Source: an uncultured Acidobacteriota bacterium (GTDB lineage: Bacteria; Acidobacteriota; Polarisedimenticolia; JACPZX01). Taken from it: DNA of 64,000 nt. The notes under the pieces were generated by a model. That model worked only from the letters and a program-made list of their open reading frames with translations, had not been told where the DNA came from and did not search any database. A program made the position numbers and the translations under genes. The DNA lies in assembly GCA_964568735.1 (NCBI GenBank), contig CAZMRF010000016.1:2037-66036 (forward strand), given 5' to 3'. Positions 8,819 to 18,189 of this stretch are shown here, piece by piece (position 1 is the first letter of the stretch; each line of letters starts with the position of its first letter).

Positions 8819-8856
8819 TGGAGCCGGCGCTCGGACTTGAACCGACGGCCTGCCGA
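8819..8856 (-). repeat. tRNA 3'-half fragment (Thr-like), probable att remnant
   Basis: Reverse complement TCGGCAGGCCGTCGGTTCAAGTCCGAGCGCCGGCTCCA: T-loop GTTCAAGTC, acceptor 3' strand and CCA; no 5' half. Confidence 0.65.
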
Positions 8857-8935
8857 GCGTGATAGGCTGGCGGCCCGGTCAGTCCCGGCCGATGGCCCAT
8901 GCGCCCCGTGCCCGACGAATCGTCAGGGAGGTTCG

Positions 8936-10369
8936 ATGAGGAAGACAGGTCGTCTGGCTGCGTTTCTGCTCATGGCCCTCGCGCAACCCGTTCCCACGAT
9001 CGCTGAGTTCCAGGTCAACACCTTTACGACCAACCATCAGGTCGGTCCCTCCATCGCGCTCGATGGCTCGGGCAACTTCGTGGTGGTTTGGAACAGCTAC
9101 GGGCAGGTTGGCTGCGACTACTCCGATGTCTTCGGCCAGCGGTTCGACAGCAACGCAACGCCGTTGGGAGGGGAGTTTCAAATCAACAAGTACACGACGA
9201 GCAATCAGGCACTCCCCTCCGTCGCGATGGATGGTTCGGGCAACCTCGTGGTGATTTGGCAGAGCAACGGCCAGGACGGCTCCGGCGAAGGAGTCTTCGG
9301 CCGGCGGTTCGACAGCGCCGAAGCTCCCCTGGGGGCGGAGTTCCAGGTCAACACGTACACGACGGACCATCAGTTCTTTCCCTCCGTCGCGGTGAATGGT
9401 TCGGGCGACTTCGTGGTCGCCTGGGGCAGCTACGGGCTGGACGGCGCCGGTTCGGGTGTCTTCGGCCGGCGGTTCGATAGCGCCGGAGCGCCGCTGGGAG
9501 GGGAGTTCCAGATCAACACGTACACGACGTTCAACCAGTTCGGCCCCTCCGTCGCGCTCGATGGTTCGGGCAACTTTGTGGTCGCCTGGTCCAGCTTGTT
9601 TCAGGACGGCGACTTCCACGGCGTCTTCGGCCAACGGTTCGGCAGCGCCGGGACGCCCAGGGGAGGTGAGTTTCAGGTCAACACGTATGCGACGGAATTA
9701 CAGTGGTACCCCCGCGTCGCGCTCGATAGTTCGGGCAACTTTGTGGTCGCCTGGTCCAGCTTGTTGCAGGACGGCTCCGGCTGGGGCGTCTTCGGCCAAG
9801 GGTTCGACAGCGCAGGAGCGCCCCTGGGAGGGGAGTTCCAGATCAACACGTACACGACCAACAGTCAGGCTCAGCCCTCCATTGCGATGGATGGTTCGGG
9901 AAACTTCGAAGTGGTTTGGAGCAGCTTCCAGGACGGCTCCGGCTACGGTGTCTTCGGCCAGGGGTTTTGCGCCGATATCGATGTCGACGGTGACGGCGTC
10001 TGCAACAGCCGTGATGTCGTCATCACGAGCCCCCTCGACGGGGACACCCTCGACTGCAGCGACCCTGCCGTCATCCGCCCCGTCATCACGTGGAGCGCGG
10101 GCAACTACGAAAAGTTCCGCGTCTCCATCGCGTCGGACCCGAACTTCGTCACCGGAACGGTGGTGACGAGCGGCGACATGCTTTTCTCGAGCACGAGTTA
10201 TACGCCCCCGGGCAAGAAGTGGAAGAGCGCCTGCAAGAAGGCGCTCGCGGCGAACCCATCCGCCCCGGTCCTCTACATCAGGGTCTTCGGTGTGATACGG
10301 GGCGTGCCGAAGCTGCGCGCGAACCGCTTGACGTTCAGCCCGGTCGTGCGCGTCGACGTCACGCCCTGA
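8936..10369 (+). CDS. Secreted repeat protein (six ~55-aa repeats, probable beta-propeller) with DxDGDG motif and C-terminal domain
   Basis: AGGGAGG RBS, ATG 8936 and a signal peptide; repeats EFQVNTYTTxxQxxPSVAxDGSGNFVVxW...GVFGxRFDSAGAPLGG. Confidence 0.85.
   Translation: MRKTGRLAAFLLMALAQPVPTIAEFQVNTFTTNHQVGPSIALDGSGNFVVVWNSYGQVGCDYSDVFGQRFDSNATPLGGEFQINKYTTSNQALPSVAMDGSGNLVVIWQSNGQDGSGEGVFGRRFDSAEAPLGAEFQVNTYTTDHQFFPSVAVNGSGDFVVAWGSYGLDGAGSGVFGRRFDSAGAPLGGEFQINTYTTFNQFGPSVALDGSGNFVVAWSSLFQDGDFHGVFGQRFGSAGTPRGGEFQVNTYATELQWYPRVALDSSGNFVVAWSSLLQDGSGWGVFGQGFDSAGAPLGGEFQINTYTTNSQAQPSIAMDGSGNFEVVWSSFQDGSGYGVFGQGFCADIDVDGDGVCNSRDVVITSPLDGDTLDCSDPAVIRPVITWSAGNYEKFRVSIASDPNFVTGTVVTSGDMLFSSTSYTPPGKKWKSACKKALAANPSAPVLYIRVFGVIRGVPKLRANRLTFSPVVRVDVTP
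9005..9967 (+). repeat. Intragenic tandem repeat, six units of about 165 bp
   Basis: Units start GAGTT(C/T)CA at 9005, 9173, 9338, 9503, 9668 and 9833. Confidence 0.9.
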
Positions 10370-10384
10370 CGCGCAAGCTTCCTC

Positions 10385-11083
10385 TCAGGGTGCTCCGGAG
10401 ATCCAGCTAAGGACCTCTTCCGTCGCGCTGAGGTCCTCCATCACGCGGTCGGCCCCTTCGGCGCCGAGATCCTCCCTGCGCGTCCACCCCGTCGCCACGG
10501 CGAGGCTCCGGTAACCGTTCGCGCGAGCCGCCCGGACGTCCTGCCGGGAGTCCCCGACGAGGAGGACGGATCCGGGGGCAATCGCCTCTCCCATGCGGGC
10601 CTCGAAGCGCTCGCGCGCCAGTCTCGCGAGCACGCTGCGGTCCGGCGAGTCGTCGCCATAGGCTCCTTCGTCGAAGTAGCCCGTGATCCCCGCGGCCGAG
10701 AGCTTCACCCGCGCGCCCCGGCGGATGTTCCCCGTGACGAGGCCGAGCTTGTGACCCCGTCCGGCCAGGGCCGGCAGGAGAGACGCGACGCCGGGCAGCG
10801 CGCGCGCCGGCCTCCCCGCGGAGAGGATCTCTTCGAGGAGGACCAGGTATGACTCTTCCAGCGCGCTCTTCTCCGACGCAAGGCGTGTCGGGTCGATCCC
10901 CGCGGAGCCGGCGATCTCTTCGATGATCCAGCTGTCCGTCCGGCCGTCGAAGGGAACGGCGGCGGAGCTCCGGCCGAGGCCGCACTGACCGAAGACCTTC
11001 TCGAAGGCCCGGCAGAGCGCTTCGCGTCCCGCCCCCCCGGCATCCACCAGGGTTCCGTCCACGTCGAAGAGGACGAGCGTCAA
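10385..11083 (-). CDS. HAD-superfamily hydrolase (phosphoglycolate phosphatase-like)
   Basis: Motif I LFDVDGTL, motif II VTGN, motif IV VGDSRQD. Confidence 0.85.
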   Translation of the reverse strand: MTLVLFDVDGTLVDAGGAGREALCRAFEKVFGQCGLGRSSAAVPFDGRTDSWIIEEIAGSAGIDPTRLASEKSALEESYLVLLEEILSAGRPARALPGVASLLPALAGRGHKLGLVTGNIRRGARVKLSAAGITGYFDEGAYGDDSPDRSVLARLARERFEARMGEAIAPGSVLLVGDSRQDVRAARANGYRSLAVATGWTRREDLGAEGADRVMEDLSATEEVLSWISGAP

Positions 11084-12462
11084 CGGGTCTTCCCGGCGCC
11101 GGCCTCACCTCCGCCCTGCGACCCGGCGGCTGGAGCGGCCGCCTCTTCGGGGAAGCGCTCCGCGGGGGGCGCTCCCGGCGGGCGAGCGAGCTGCAGGTCC
11201 CAGGCCGCGAGCTGCCCCTTGAGCGTGCCCGCGAGCTCGGGCGCCTCGCGCAGGATCTCCCGAGGGGAATCCTCCTGCTCGTAGTCGAAAAGCGAGAGAG
11301 GGCCCTGAGGGCTGAGGAGGTACCGGTAGCGCGAGTTCCGGAGGGACATGGTGAGGGCCAGGAGGCGCGGCCCCACCGGCTGCAGCGCCACCGACACCGC
11401 GGCGACGCGGCGGGGTGAACCGGCGGGGGCGAGGAGCGCGAAGGCCTGCGGGCTCACGCTCGCGGGACGCGGGACCCCGAGGAGCTGGCAGATGGTGGGG
11501 TAGAGGTCCACGTCCTGGGCGAAGGACTCCGTTCGGGCGCCATCACCCGCTCCGGCCTGCGGCCGGATGATCAGCGGCACGCGCAGGTTGCTCTCGTGGA
11601 GGGAGATCGTGTCCGCCAGGCGGCCGGCCTGCCCGAGGAGCTCTCCGCGATCCGACGTGAAGAGGATCGCGGTGTTGTCGAGGCTGCCCTCGTCGGACAT
11701 CCCGGCCAGGAGGGCGGCGATGCGGTCGTCGAGGTAGGCGAGCTCGGCGTCGTAGAGCACGGTGAGCACTTCCACGTCGTTCGTGCCGAGGGCCAGCTCC
11801 CCGCTGTTGACCCGGCGCGCGAGGGGAAGCCAGACGCCGGATCCCCGATCGAGCGTCTCCGCGGTCATCCAGGGCTGCGCGAAACGCGACCTGTAGGGCT
11901 CCGGCGGATCGAAGGGCAGCGTCGGGCTCGAGTAGACGAGGACGAGGAAGAAGGGACGGGCGCGATCGCGGCCCCGGCCGAGCCACTCGAGGGCCCGGGC
12001 GGTGACCGCCGCCGCTCCCCCGTCCAGCTCGGGCACGTCCGACGGATCCACCTTCTCGACGGCGGCGAAGCTCTCGAAGAGCCCGCTGCCGGCTGCGGGG
12101 CCGGGATCGGAGGTGATGAGGTGGGTCTCGTATCCCAGCGCGGCCAGGTGCGCGGGCAGCGGAAGGATGCTCGAGTCGAGGACGTCCGCGAGCTGGAGGT
12201 TGTGCTCGGGGGGATATCGCCCCGTCAGGAGGCTCGCGAAGGATGACGCAGGGTCGGGCGTCGAGCTGTAGGCGCGATCGAAGCGCGCCCCCTCGCCCGC
12301 CAGCGACTCGAGCGCCGGTGAAGTCTGCCGATCGTAGCCGTAGACGCTGAGGTGGTCGGCGCGCACTCCCTGGGCCACGACGATGAGGACGGAAGGCTGC
12401 GCCGCCTCGCCTCCGCACCCCGCCAGAAGCGTTGCGAGCCCCGCAAGGAGGCCCCCGGCCAT
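11080..12462 (-). CDS. Sulfatase-like (alkaline phosphatase superfamily) lipoprotein with a degenerate active site
   Basis: Lipobox LAGC after ATG 12462; RADHLSVYGYDRQTSP, LYDAELAYLD, TSDRGE, LRVPLII. Start is uncertain (the ORF extends to 12579). Confidence 0.75.
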   Translation of the reverse strand: MAGGLLAGLATLLAGCGGEAAQPSVLIVVAQGVRADHLSVYGYDRQTSPALESLAGEGARFDRAYSSTPDPASSFASLLTGRYPPEHNLQLADVLDSSILPLPAHLAALGYETHLITSDPGPAAGSGLFESFAAVEKVDPSDVPELDGGAAAVTARALEWLGRGRDRARPFFLVLVYSSPTLPFDPPEPYRSRFAQPWMTAETLDRGSGVWLPLARRVNSGELALGTNDVEVLTVLYDAELAYLDDRIAALLAGMSDEGSLDNTAILFTSDRGELLGQAGRLADTISLHESNLRVPLIIRPQAGAGDGARTESFAQDVDLYPTICQLLGVPRPASVSPQAFALLAPAGSPRRVAAVSVALQPVGPRLLALTMSLRNSRYRYLLSPQGPLSLFDYEQEDSPREILREAPELAGTLKGQLAAWDLQLARPPGAPPAERFPEEAAAPAAGSQGGGEAGAGKTR

Positions 12463-12499
12463 GCTGTATACTCCCCTTTCGCTCACGGAGGACCTCCCA

Positions 12500-13267
12500 T
12501 TGGCCTCACGATCGGGTGCCCTCGCATCGGCTCCCGGCGATCCGGCGAGTTCCGCAAGACCGCATCTGTCCATCGTCATCCCCGTCTACAACGAGCAGGA
12601 GAACATCCTCCCGCTGTGGGAGGAGCTCGGCTCGGCGCTCCGGGCGATCGGCGCGACGCATGAAGTCATCTTCGTCGACGACGGAAGCACGGACACCTCC
12701 CCCGAGATCCTCGCCGGCCTTCGAAGCCGTCACCCGGAGGTGCGCCTCCTTCGTGCCCGGCGCAACTCCGGCCAGTCGGCCGCGATGATAGCCGGGTTCA
12801 GGGCCGCGCGCGGGGAGATCATCGTCACCCTGGACGGCGATCGCCAGAACGACCCCTCGGACATCCCCGAGCTCTTGAAGCACATCCCCGAGTACGACGC
12901 GGCGGCAGGATACAGGAAGAACAGGGCCGACAGCTTCGTGCGGCGCATCTCGAGCCGCCTGGGCAACGCGGTCCGCAACGCCGTATCCGGCGACGATATC
13001 ATCGACACCGGGTGCACCCTCAAGGCCTTCCGCCGGGAGTGCCTCGTGGATCTCCCCGGTTTCAACGGCATGCACCGGTTCCTTCCGACGCTCGTTCGCA
13101 TGGCCGGCTTCAAGGTCTGCCAGGTCCCCGTCGGCCACCGCCCTCGCGTCGCGGGCAGCTCGAAGTATGGCATCCGCAACAGGCTGCTCCCCACGCTTGG
13201 AGACCTCCTGGCCGTCCGCTGGATGAAGAGCCGGAGGGTGCGTCTCCACGAGATCGAGGAGGAATGA
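12500..13267 (+). CDS. GT2 polyprenol-phosphate glycosyltransferase (ArnC/DPM1-like)
   Basis: LSIVIPVYNE, VDDGSTD, TLDGDRQNDP, DTGCTLKAFR, MHRFLP; TTG start behind GGAGG. Confidence 0.85.
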   Translation: MASRSGALASAPGDPASSARPHLSIVIPVYNEQENILPLWEELGSALRAIGATHEVIFVDDGSTDTSPEILAGLRSRHPEVRLLRARRNSGQSAAMIAGFRAARGEIIVTLDGDRQNDPSDIPELLKHIPEYDAAAGYRKNRADSFVRRISSRLGNAVRNAVSGDDIIDTGCTLKAFRRECLVDLPGFNGMHRFLPTLVRMAGFKVCQVPVGHRPRVAGSSKYGIRNRLLPTLGDLLAVRWMKSRRVRLHEIEEE

Positions 13268-13566
13268 TGTCCGGCTCGATTCCTGCCATCACACCCTGGC
13301 TCGTCGTCGGCTTCGCGGGCCAGACATTCTTCTTCTCGCGCTTCCTCATCCAGTGGATCCACTCCGAGCGCGCCGGCCGCTCGACCATCCCCCATGTCTT
13401 CTGGTACCTCAGCCTCGGGGGCGGCCTCCTCCTGCTCGCCTACGCGGTGCAGCTCGGAGACCCCGTCTTCATCCTCGGGCAGAGCCTGGGAACCCTCGTC
13501 TACGTCCGCAACCTGATGCTCCTCCGCCGCCCGCGCGCCGCCGCCGGCCCCGCGGACGGGCTGTGA
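13264..13566 (+). CDS. Lipid A biosynthesis N-terminal (LAB_N) domain membrane protein
   Basis: GFAGQTFFFSRFLIQWIHSERAGRSTIPHVFWYLSLGG...DPVFILGQ...YVRNL; start overlaps the upstream stop. Confidence 0.85.
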   Translation: MMSGSIPAITPWLVVGFAGQTFFFSRFLIQWIHSERAGRSTIPHVFWYLSLGGGLLLLAYAVQLGDPVFILGQSLGTLVYVRNLMLLRRPRAAAGPADGL

Positions 13567-15245
13567 TCCCCGAGGACGCTCCAGCCTGGAGACGCTGGCG
13601 GGCCGCCGCCATCCTGGCCGCAGCCGCCGCTCTCTTCCTCCCGGCGGTGTGGAGCCGGGATCCCTGGGACCCCGACGAGCCGCGCTACGCCGAAGTCACC
13701 CGGCAGATGGAGCGCCACGGCGACCTTCTCGTCCCGCACTTCAATGGGGAGGTCTACTCCGAGAAGCCCCCGCTCTTCTTCTGGCTCTCCCTCGCCGCGG
13801 AGAGCATCCCCGGCATACCTCCCGGAGCCGGCGGCCGCCTCGTGGGAATCGTCTCCTCCTCGGGGACCCTCATCCTGACGTGGCGCCTCGGCGCGCTGCT
13901 CATGGGGGAAGCGACGGGAGCTCTGGCCGCCGCTCTCCTCGCCGGGTGCCTGCTCTTCTGGCACCTCTCTCCCTCGGGCGTGATCGACCCGCTGCTCTGC
14001 GGCCTCGTCACGCTGGCTCTCTTCGGCTTCGCCCGCCACCTGCGTGGACATCGGGGCGGGCTGCCGGTCTTCTACGCAGCCTGCGCTCTGGCGATGCTGG
14101 CCAAGGGCCCCGTGGGCCTCCTCGTTCCAGCGCTCGCTGCCCTGGGCTACTCCGCGATCACGGACTGGCGGAAGGCGCTGCGGGCGCGGCACCCCTTCTG
14201 GGGGATTCCCGTCGCAGCCGCGCCCGTGCTCGTCTGGCTCTTCCTGGCCGCGCGCCGCGCGGGCGGGGGATTCCTCGAGACGATGCTCTTCCACCAGAAC
14301 GTGGGCCGGGCGGTGAACGCCTACGTCCACCGGCAGCCCCTCTGGTACTACGCCGTCATCGTCCCGGTCGTGCTGATGCCCCTGACCCTCTTCCTGCCGC
14401 AGTCGCTGGTGACGGCATGGAGGGAGAAGATCTGCGGCGTCCGCCCCATGCTCCTGCCGCTCTCGTGGTTCGCGAGCACCTTCGCCCTCTTCTCCCTCAT
14501 CTCCGGGAAGAAGACGCGGTACATGCTGGTGCTCGCACCGGCGGCGGCGCTGCTCGTGGCGGGCTGGTTCATGAGGCGCTTCCTCTCCGGTGATGGGAGG
14601 ATCCGGGAGGGCCGCCTGCCGCTCGCCGTGGCCGCGGGAGCCGGCCTCGGATTCGCCATCCTGCTCGCCCTGGCCGCCATTGGCGGACCCGGCGCCCTCC
14701 CATCATCCGTGCTGGAGCCGCTGCGCGGGCCGGAAAGCCGCGAGGCTCTCGCGACCCTCGAGAGACTCCTCTCCTGGCCCGGCTCGATGCGGCTGCTGCT
14801 GCCCGCCGCCGTCCTGGCGGCGGCCTGCGGCGCGGGGCTGCGGCTCTTGCTCCTGCGCCGTCCGGAGGCGCTCACCGCCCTGCTGGGAGGCTGGCTCGTC
14901 TTCCTCGCGATCGCGGCAGCGGCGTGGACGCCTCTCATCGATACCGTCAAGAGCGCCCGCGGGCTCGCGGCCCTCGTGGCCGAGTCCCGCGAGGGCGGCA
15001 CCGTCTACCTGCTCGACGACAACCACCCACCCGGCCTGAACTTCCACCTCGGAGAAGACCGGCTCCCCGTGCTCAGGAACAAGGACGAGAGGATGCGCGC
15101 CGCGGCGGAGCCGGGCGCGCGCTTCGTGGGCAACGGCGAGGAGATGGACCTGCTCGAGACGAAGACGGGGATCCGCTTCGTGGACCGCCGCTGCCGCCGG
15201 CTGGGGCGGCTCGTCGTGTGCGTGGCGTCGGCTCTCCCACCCTGA
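13563..15245 (+). CDS. ArnT-like GT-C (PMT_2) membrane glycosyltransferase
   Basis: DPDEPRYAEVTRQM, YSEKPPLFFW, LAKGPVG, HRQPLWYY; many TM segments; GTG overlaps the upstream stop. Confidence 0.85.
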   Translation: MIPEDAPAWRRWRAAAILAAAAALFLPAVWSRDPWDPDEPRYAEVTRQMERHGDLLVPHFNGEVYSEKPPLFFWLSLAAESIPGIPPGAGGRLVGIVSSSGTLILTWRLGALLMGEATGALAAALLAGCLLFWHLSPSGVIDPLLCGLVTLALFGFARHLRGHRGGLPVFYAACALAMLAKGPVGLLVPALAALGYSAITDWRKALRARHPFWGIPVAAAPVLVWLFLAARRAGGGFLETMLFHQNVGRAVNAYVHRQPLWYYAVIVPVVLMPLTLFLPQSLVTAWREKICGVRPMLLPLSWFASTFALFSLISGKKTRYMLVLAPAAALLVAGWFMRRFLSGDGRIREGRLPLAVAAGAGLGFAILLALAAIGGPGALPSSVLEPLRGPESREALATLERLLSWPGSMRLLLPAAVLAAACGAGLRLLLLRRPEALTALLGGWLVFLAIAAAAWTPLIDTVKSARGLAALVAESREGGTVYLLDDNHPPGLNFHLGEDRLPVLRNKDERMRAAAEPGARFVGNGEEMDLLETKTGIRFVDRRCRRLGRLVVCVASALPP

Positions 15246-15474
15246 TCTCCCGACATCGCCTGTCACGCCGAACGTCAATCAGGTGACGTGGAGGGCGGGG
15301 GCGGCGCCCGGCCGACGCCTTCGCGCCCCGACGAACCCCGAAAGAGCCTCCTCTGTCTCGCTTGTCGGCGAAGTCGGGGCCGCCCGCCACGCGGTAAACG
15401 TCCGGCGGGTGACGGCACGAGTGTTGCTCCACCGCCGCATCGGGGACGGGTCTGGTCTCTGCCCCGGAGTTCTC

Positions 15475-16740
15475 GTGCTCGAACTGCTTCCGGATCACAT
15501 ACCGCTACTCTCGGGTGTCGCGGGCGGTGTGCTCGCGCTCGTGGCCATCGCCTTCTACGTCGGACGCAGGACCGGGAGGCGCAGGTCGGCGGACGTCGTC
15601 GATCCCGTGATCGACGAGGAGCTGCGTGAGCTGCGCAAGAGCGCCTGGTTCCTCCAGAACGAGAACAAGAACCTGGCGAAGTTCCTGACGCTCCTTCCCG
15701 AGTTCGCGCGGGAGCTGAGCGAGAACAGGGACAAGCGGCCCATCGCGCCCCTGCTGCGCCGGATGATCGATCAGATTTTCGAACCGGAGCAGATCCTCGT
15801 CTTCTACACCAACCACGAGGACAACGGCCTCATCCTGGTGGACGAGAAGGGGATCGACAAGAACCTGAGCCGCTCGTCCACCCTGGCCTTCGGAGAGGGG
15901 CGCATCGGCTGGGTCGCCTCCCAGCAGATCACCATGGACGAGAACGACTTCGAGCAGAAGTCGAAGCTCGTGAAGTCGGACCTGAACCCCGAGGCCCACC
16001 CCCATTTCAAGGTGGAGCTGGCGGCCCCGATGGCGCAGGACGAGAGGACGCTGGGCGTCATCGCCGTCGGCGGGATGCTGCGGCACCCCAAGAACGAGAA
16101 GACGATGCTCCGCATGATCGCGGACCTGGGGAGCATCGCGCTGAACAACGCCGTCCTCTTCCGCCAGCTCCAGAAGACCGCCAACAACGACGGCCTCACC
16201 GGACTCTGCACCAAGCGGCACTTCCTCAACAGCCTCGCCGAGGAGCTGATGCGCGCGGAGAGCCGCCACGAGGAGTTCAGCGTCTTCATCTTCGACATCG
16301 ATCACTTCAAGAGCTACAACGACAACAACGGCCATCTCGCCGGCGACGAGTGCCTGAAGATCACCGGCAAGCTCCTCAAGCAGTCGCTCCGTGAGGAGGA
16401 CCTCCCCGCGCGCTACGGCGGAGAGGAGTTCATCATCCTCCTGCCCAATACGCCCAAGGCGGGCGCGGCGGTCGTGGCCGAGAAGATCCGCGCCGCGATC
16501 CAGAACCACGCCTATCCCAAGGAAAAATCCCAGCCGATGGGCGATCTGACGATCTCGGGCGGAGTGGCCTGCTTCCCCTACGACGGCCGCAGCAGCGCGG
16601 AGCTCATCAGCGCGGCCGACGAGGCCCTCTACAGGGCCAAGAGAAGCGGCCGGAACCGCGTGGCGATCTACGAGCCGACCTATCTGTCCGAATCGGAGCA
16701 GGTGCCCGAGACGGTGTCCGCCGCCAAGGCCGACGCATGA
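15475..16740 (+). CDS. Diguanylate cyclase (TM-GAF-GGDEF)
   Basis: DGLTGL, DIDHFKSYND, I-site REED, RYGGEEF; GTG 15475 with GGAG RBS (the ORF extends to 15283). Confidence 0.9.
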   Translation: MLELLPDHIPLLSGVAGGVLALVAIAFYVGRRTGRRRSADVVDPVIDEELRELRKSAWFLQNENKNLAKFLTLLPEFARELSENRDKRPIAPLLRRMIDQIFEPEQILVFYTNHEDNGLILVDEKGIDKNLSRSSTLAFGEGRIGWVASQQITMDENDFEQKSKLVKSDLNPEAHPHFKVELAAPMAQDERTLGVIAVGGMLRHPKNEKTMLRMIADLGSIALNNAVLFRQLQKTANNDGLTGLCTKRHFLNSLAEELMRAESRHEEFSVFIFDIDHFKSYNDNNGHLAGDECLKITGKLLKQSLREEDLPARYGGEEFIILLPNTPKAGAAVVAEKIRAAIQNHAYPKEKSQPMGDLTISGGVACFPYDGRSSAELISAADEALYRAKRSGRNRVAIYEPTYLSESEQVPETVSAAKADA

Positions 16741-18071
16741 GCGAGCGGCAGCCCGGCATCGATGCTTCCGCACAGGCGGCGCAGGAAGCAGCGGGCATCG
16801 ATCCCGTCACCGCCCTGCCCACGGTGCCGCTCCTGCTCGACCGGATGCGGGACTCGCTCAAGCAGCACGGGGCGCTCGCCATCCTCTCGGTCAACGTCCT
16901 GCAGGCCCTGCCGGCCGAGCGCATCACGGGCTGGCAGTCCTTCGATGCCATCGTCCGGGACGTCGGCCGCTTCCTCGCCTCGGTGCGCAACGTCCACCTG
17001 AGAAGGGAGGACTTCATCTCCGAGGTCATGATCAGCGGCAACGCTTTCGTGATCCTGCTGGCCCCTCCGCGCCAGAAGAGCTCCATCGAGCTCGACGATC
17101 TGAGGCGGATGCGCGATCGCCTGGACTCCCAGCTGACGCGCTTCCTGAGCCGCCGCCTCCCCTACGAGATCAGCGGCAGGTTCCCTTGCTTCATCGGCTC
17201 GGCCCTGGTCCGCGACGAGCCCACGATGCGCACCGAGCGGCTGGTCTACCGGGCGCTGGACGAGGCCTATGCCGATTCCATCCAGGAGCGCCAGCGCCGG
17301 GATTCGCGGTCGGCCCGCGATCTGGAGTACGTCATCTCGGAGCGGCTCGTGCACACGGTCTACCAGCCCGTGATCGACATGGAGAAGGGCCGCATCCTCG
17401 GCTACGAGGCGCTCTCCCGGGTCATCGGAGACAACTTCCCGAGCGTGGACGCGGTCTTTCGCGCCGCCCAGGCCTCGAATTGCCTGTGGAAGCTCGAGAG
17501 GCTCTGCCGCGAGCGGGCGCTCGAGGGAGCGCACAACCTCCCCGCGAACTCGCTCCTCTTCCTGAACGTCGAGCCCGAGTCGATCTTCGATCCTCACTTC
17601 AGGAGCGACAACACCATGCGCCTGCTGGAGCGAGCGGGCCTGACGCCCGAGCGCGTGGTCCTCGAGGTGACGGAGCACTCGGAGGTCAACGACTTCACCG
17701 CCTTCCGCCAGACCCTCTCCTACTTCCGCTCGAGAGGGTTCCGCCTCGCGATCGACGACATGGGCTCCGCCTACGCGGGCCTCCAGTCGGTGGCCGAGAT
17801 CCAGCCGGAGTTCCTCAAGGTGGACATCAGCCTGGTGCGCAACCTCGACACGCAGCCCCTGAAGCGCGAGCTCATCGCGACGATGGCCCGCTTCTCCCGC
17901 TCGGTCGGGATCCAGCTCATCGCGGAAGGGATCGAGCGCCCCGAAGAGCTGGCGGCTCTCCTCGAGATCGGCGTCCCCTTCGGGCAGGGCTACCTCTTCG
18001 CCCGCCCCGGCGCCCCCCTGCCCATTCCCGACCTCTCGCTGATCAGCGGCGCCTCGGCCGTCGCGAGCTGA
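16737..18071 (+). CDS. EAL-domain c-di-GMP phosphodiesterase with degenerate GGDEF-like N-terminus
   Basis: YQPV, YEALSR, LEVTE, AIDDMGSAY, LKVD, IAEGIE, GQGYLF. Confidence 0.9.
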   Translation: MSERQPGIDASAQAAQEAAGIDPVTALPTVPLLLDRMRDSLKQHGALAILSVNVLQALPAERITGWQSFDAIVRDVGRFLASVRNVHLRREDFISEVMISGNAFVILLAPPRQKSSIELDDLRRMRDRLDSQLTRFLSRRLPYEISGRFPCFIGSALVRDEPTMRTERLVYRALDEAYADSIQERQRRDSRSARDLEYVISERLVHTVYQPVIDMEKGRILGYEALSRVIGDNFPSVDAVFRAAQASNCLWKLERLCRERALEGAHNLPANSLLFLNVEPESIFDPHFRSDNTMRLLERAGLTPERVVLEVTEHSEVNDFTAFRQTLSYFRSRGFRLAIDDMGSAYAGLQSVAEIQPEFLKVDISLVRNLDTQPLKRELIATMARFSRSVGIQLIAEGIERPEELAALLEIGVPFGQGYLFARPGAPLPIPDLSLISGASAVAS

Positions 18072-18104
18072 CCCCCCGGGGCGGCCAGCCCGCCCCACCC
18101 CCCC

Positions 18105-18133
18105 TTGACAGCCCGGAGGGGGGGGAGTACATT
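18105..18133 (+). promoter_or_regulatory. Sigma70-type promoter of the fur-feoB operon
   Basis: TTGACA (18105-18110), 17 bp, TACATT (18128-18133). Confidence 0.7.
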
Positions 18134-18144
18134 TCTGGACAGAG

Positions 18145-18163
18145 ATTGAGACTGAGTCTCAAT
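18145..18163. promoter_or_regulatory. Perfect 9-1-9 palindrome, probable Fur-family operator
   Basis: ATTGAGACT-G-AGTCTCAAT between the promoter and the fur start; 19-bp Fur-box geometry. Confidence 0.75.
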
Positions 18164-18189
18164 AGCATGGGAAGCCGGGAGCCACGGAC

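Noticed and set aside
9005-9967. Regular repeats as a CRISPR array
   Set aside because: The 165-bp units are in-frame protein repeats with no unique spacers, and there are no cas genes.
8549-10369. Duplicated gene 3' end as a DGR template/variable repeat pair
   Set aside because: Mismatches occur at C, G and T as well as A, and no reverse transcriptase gene is in the window.
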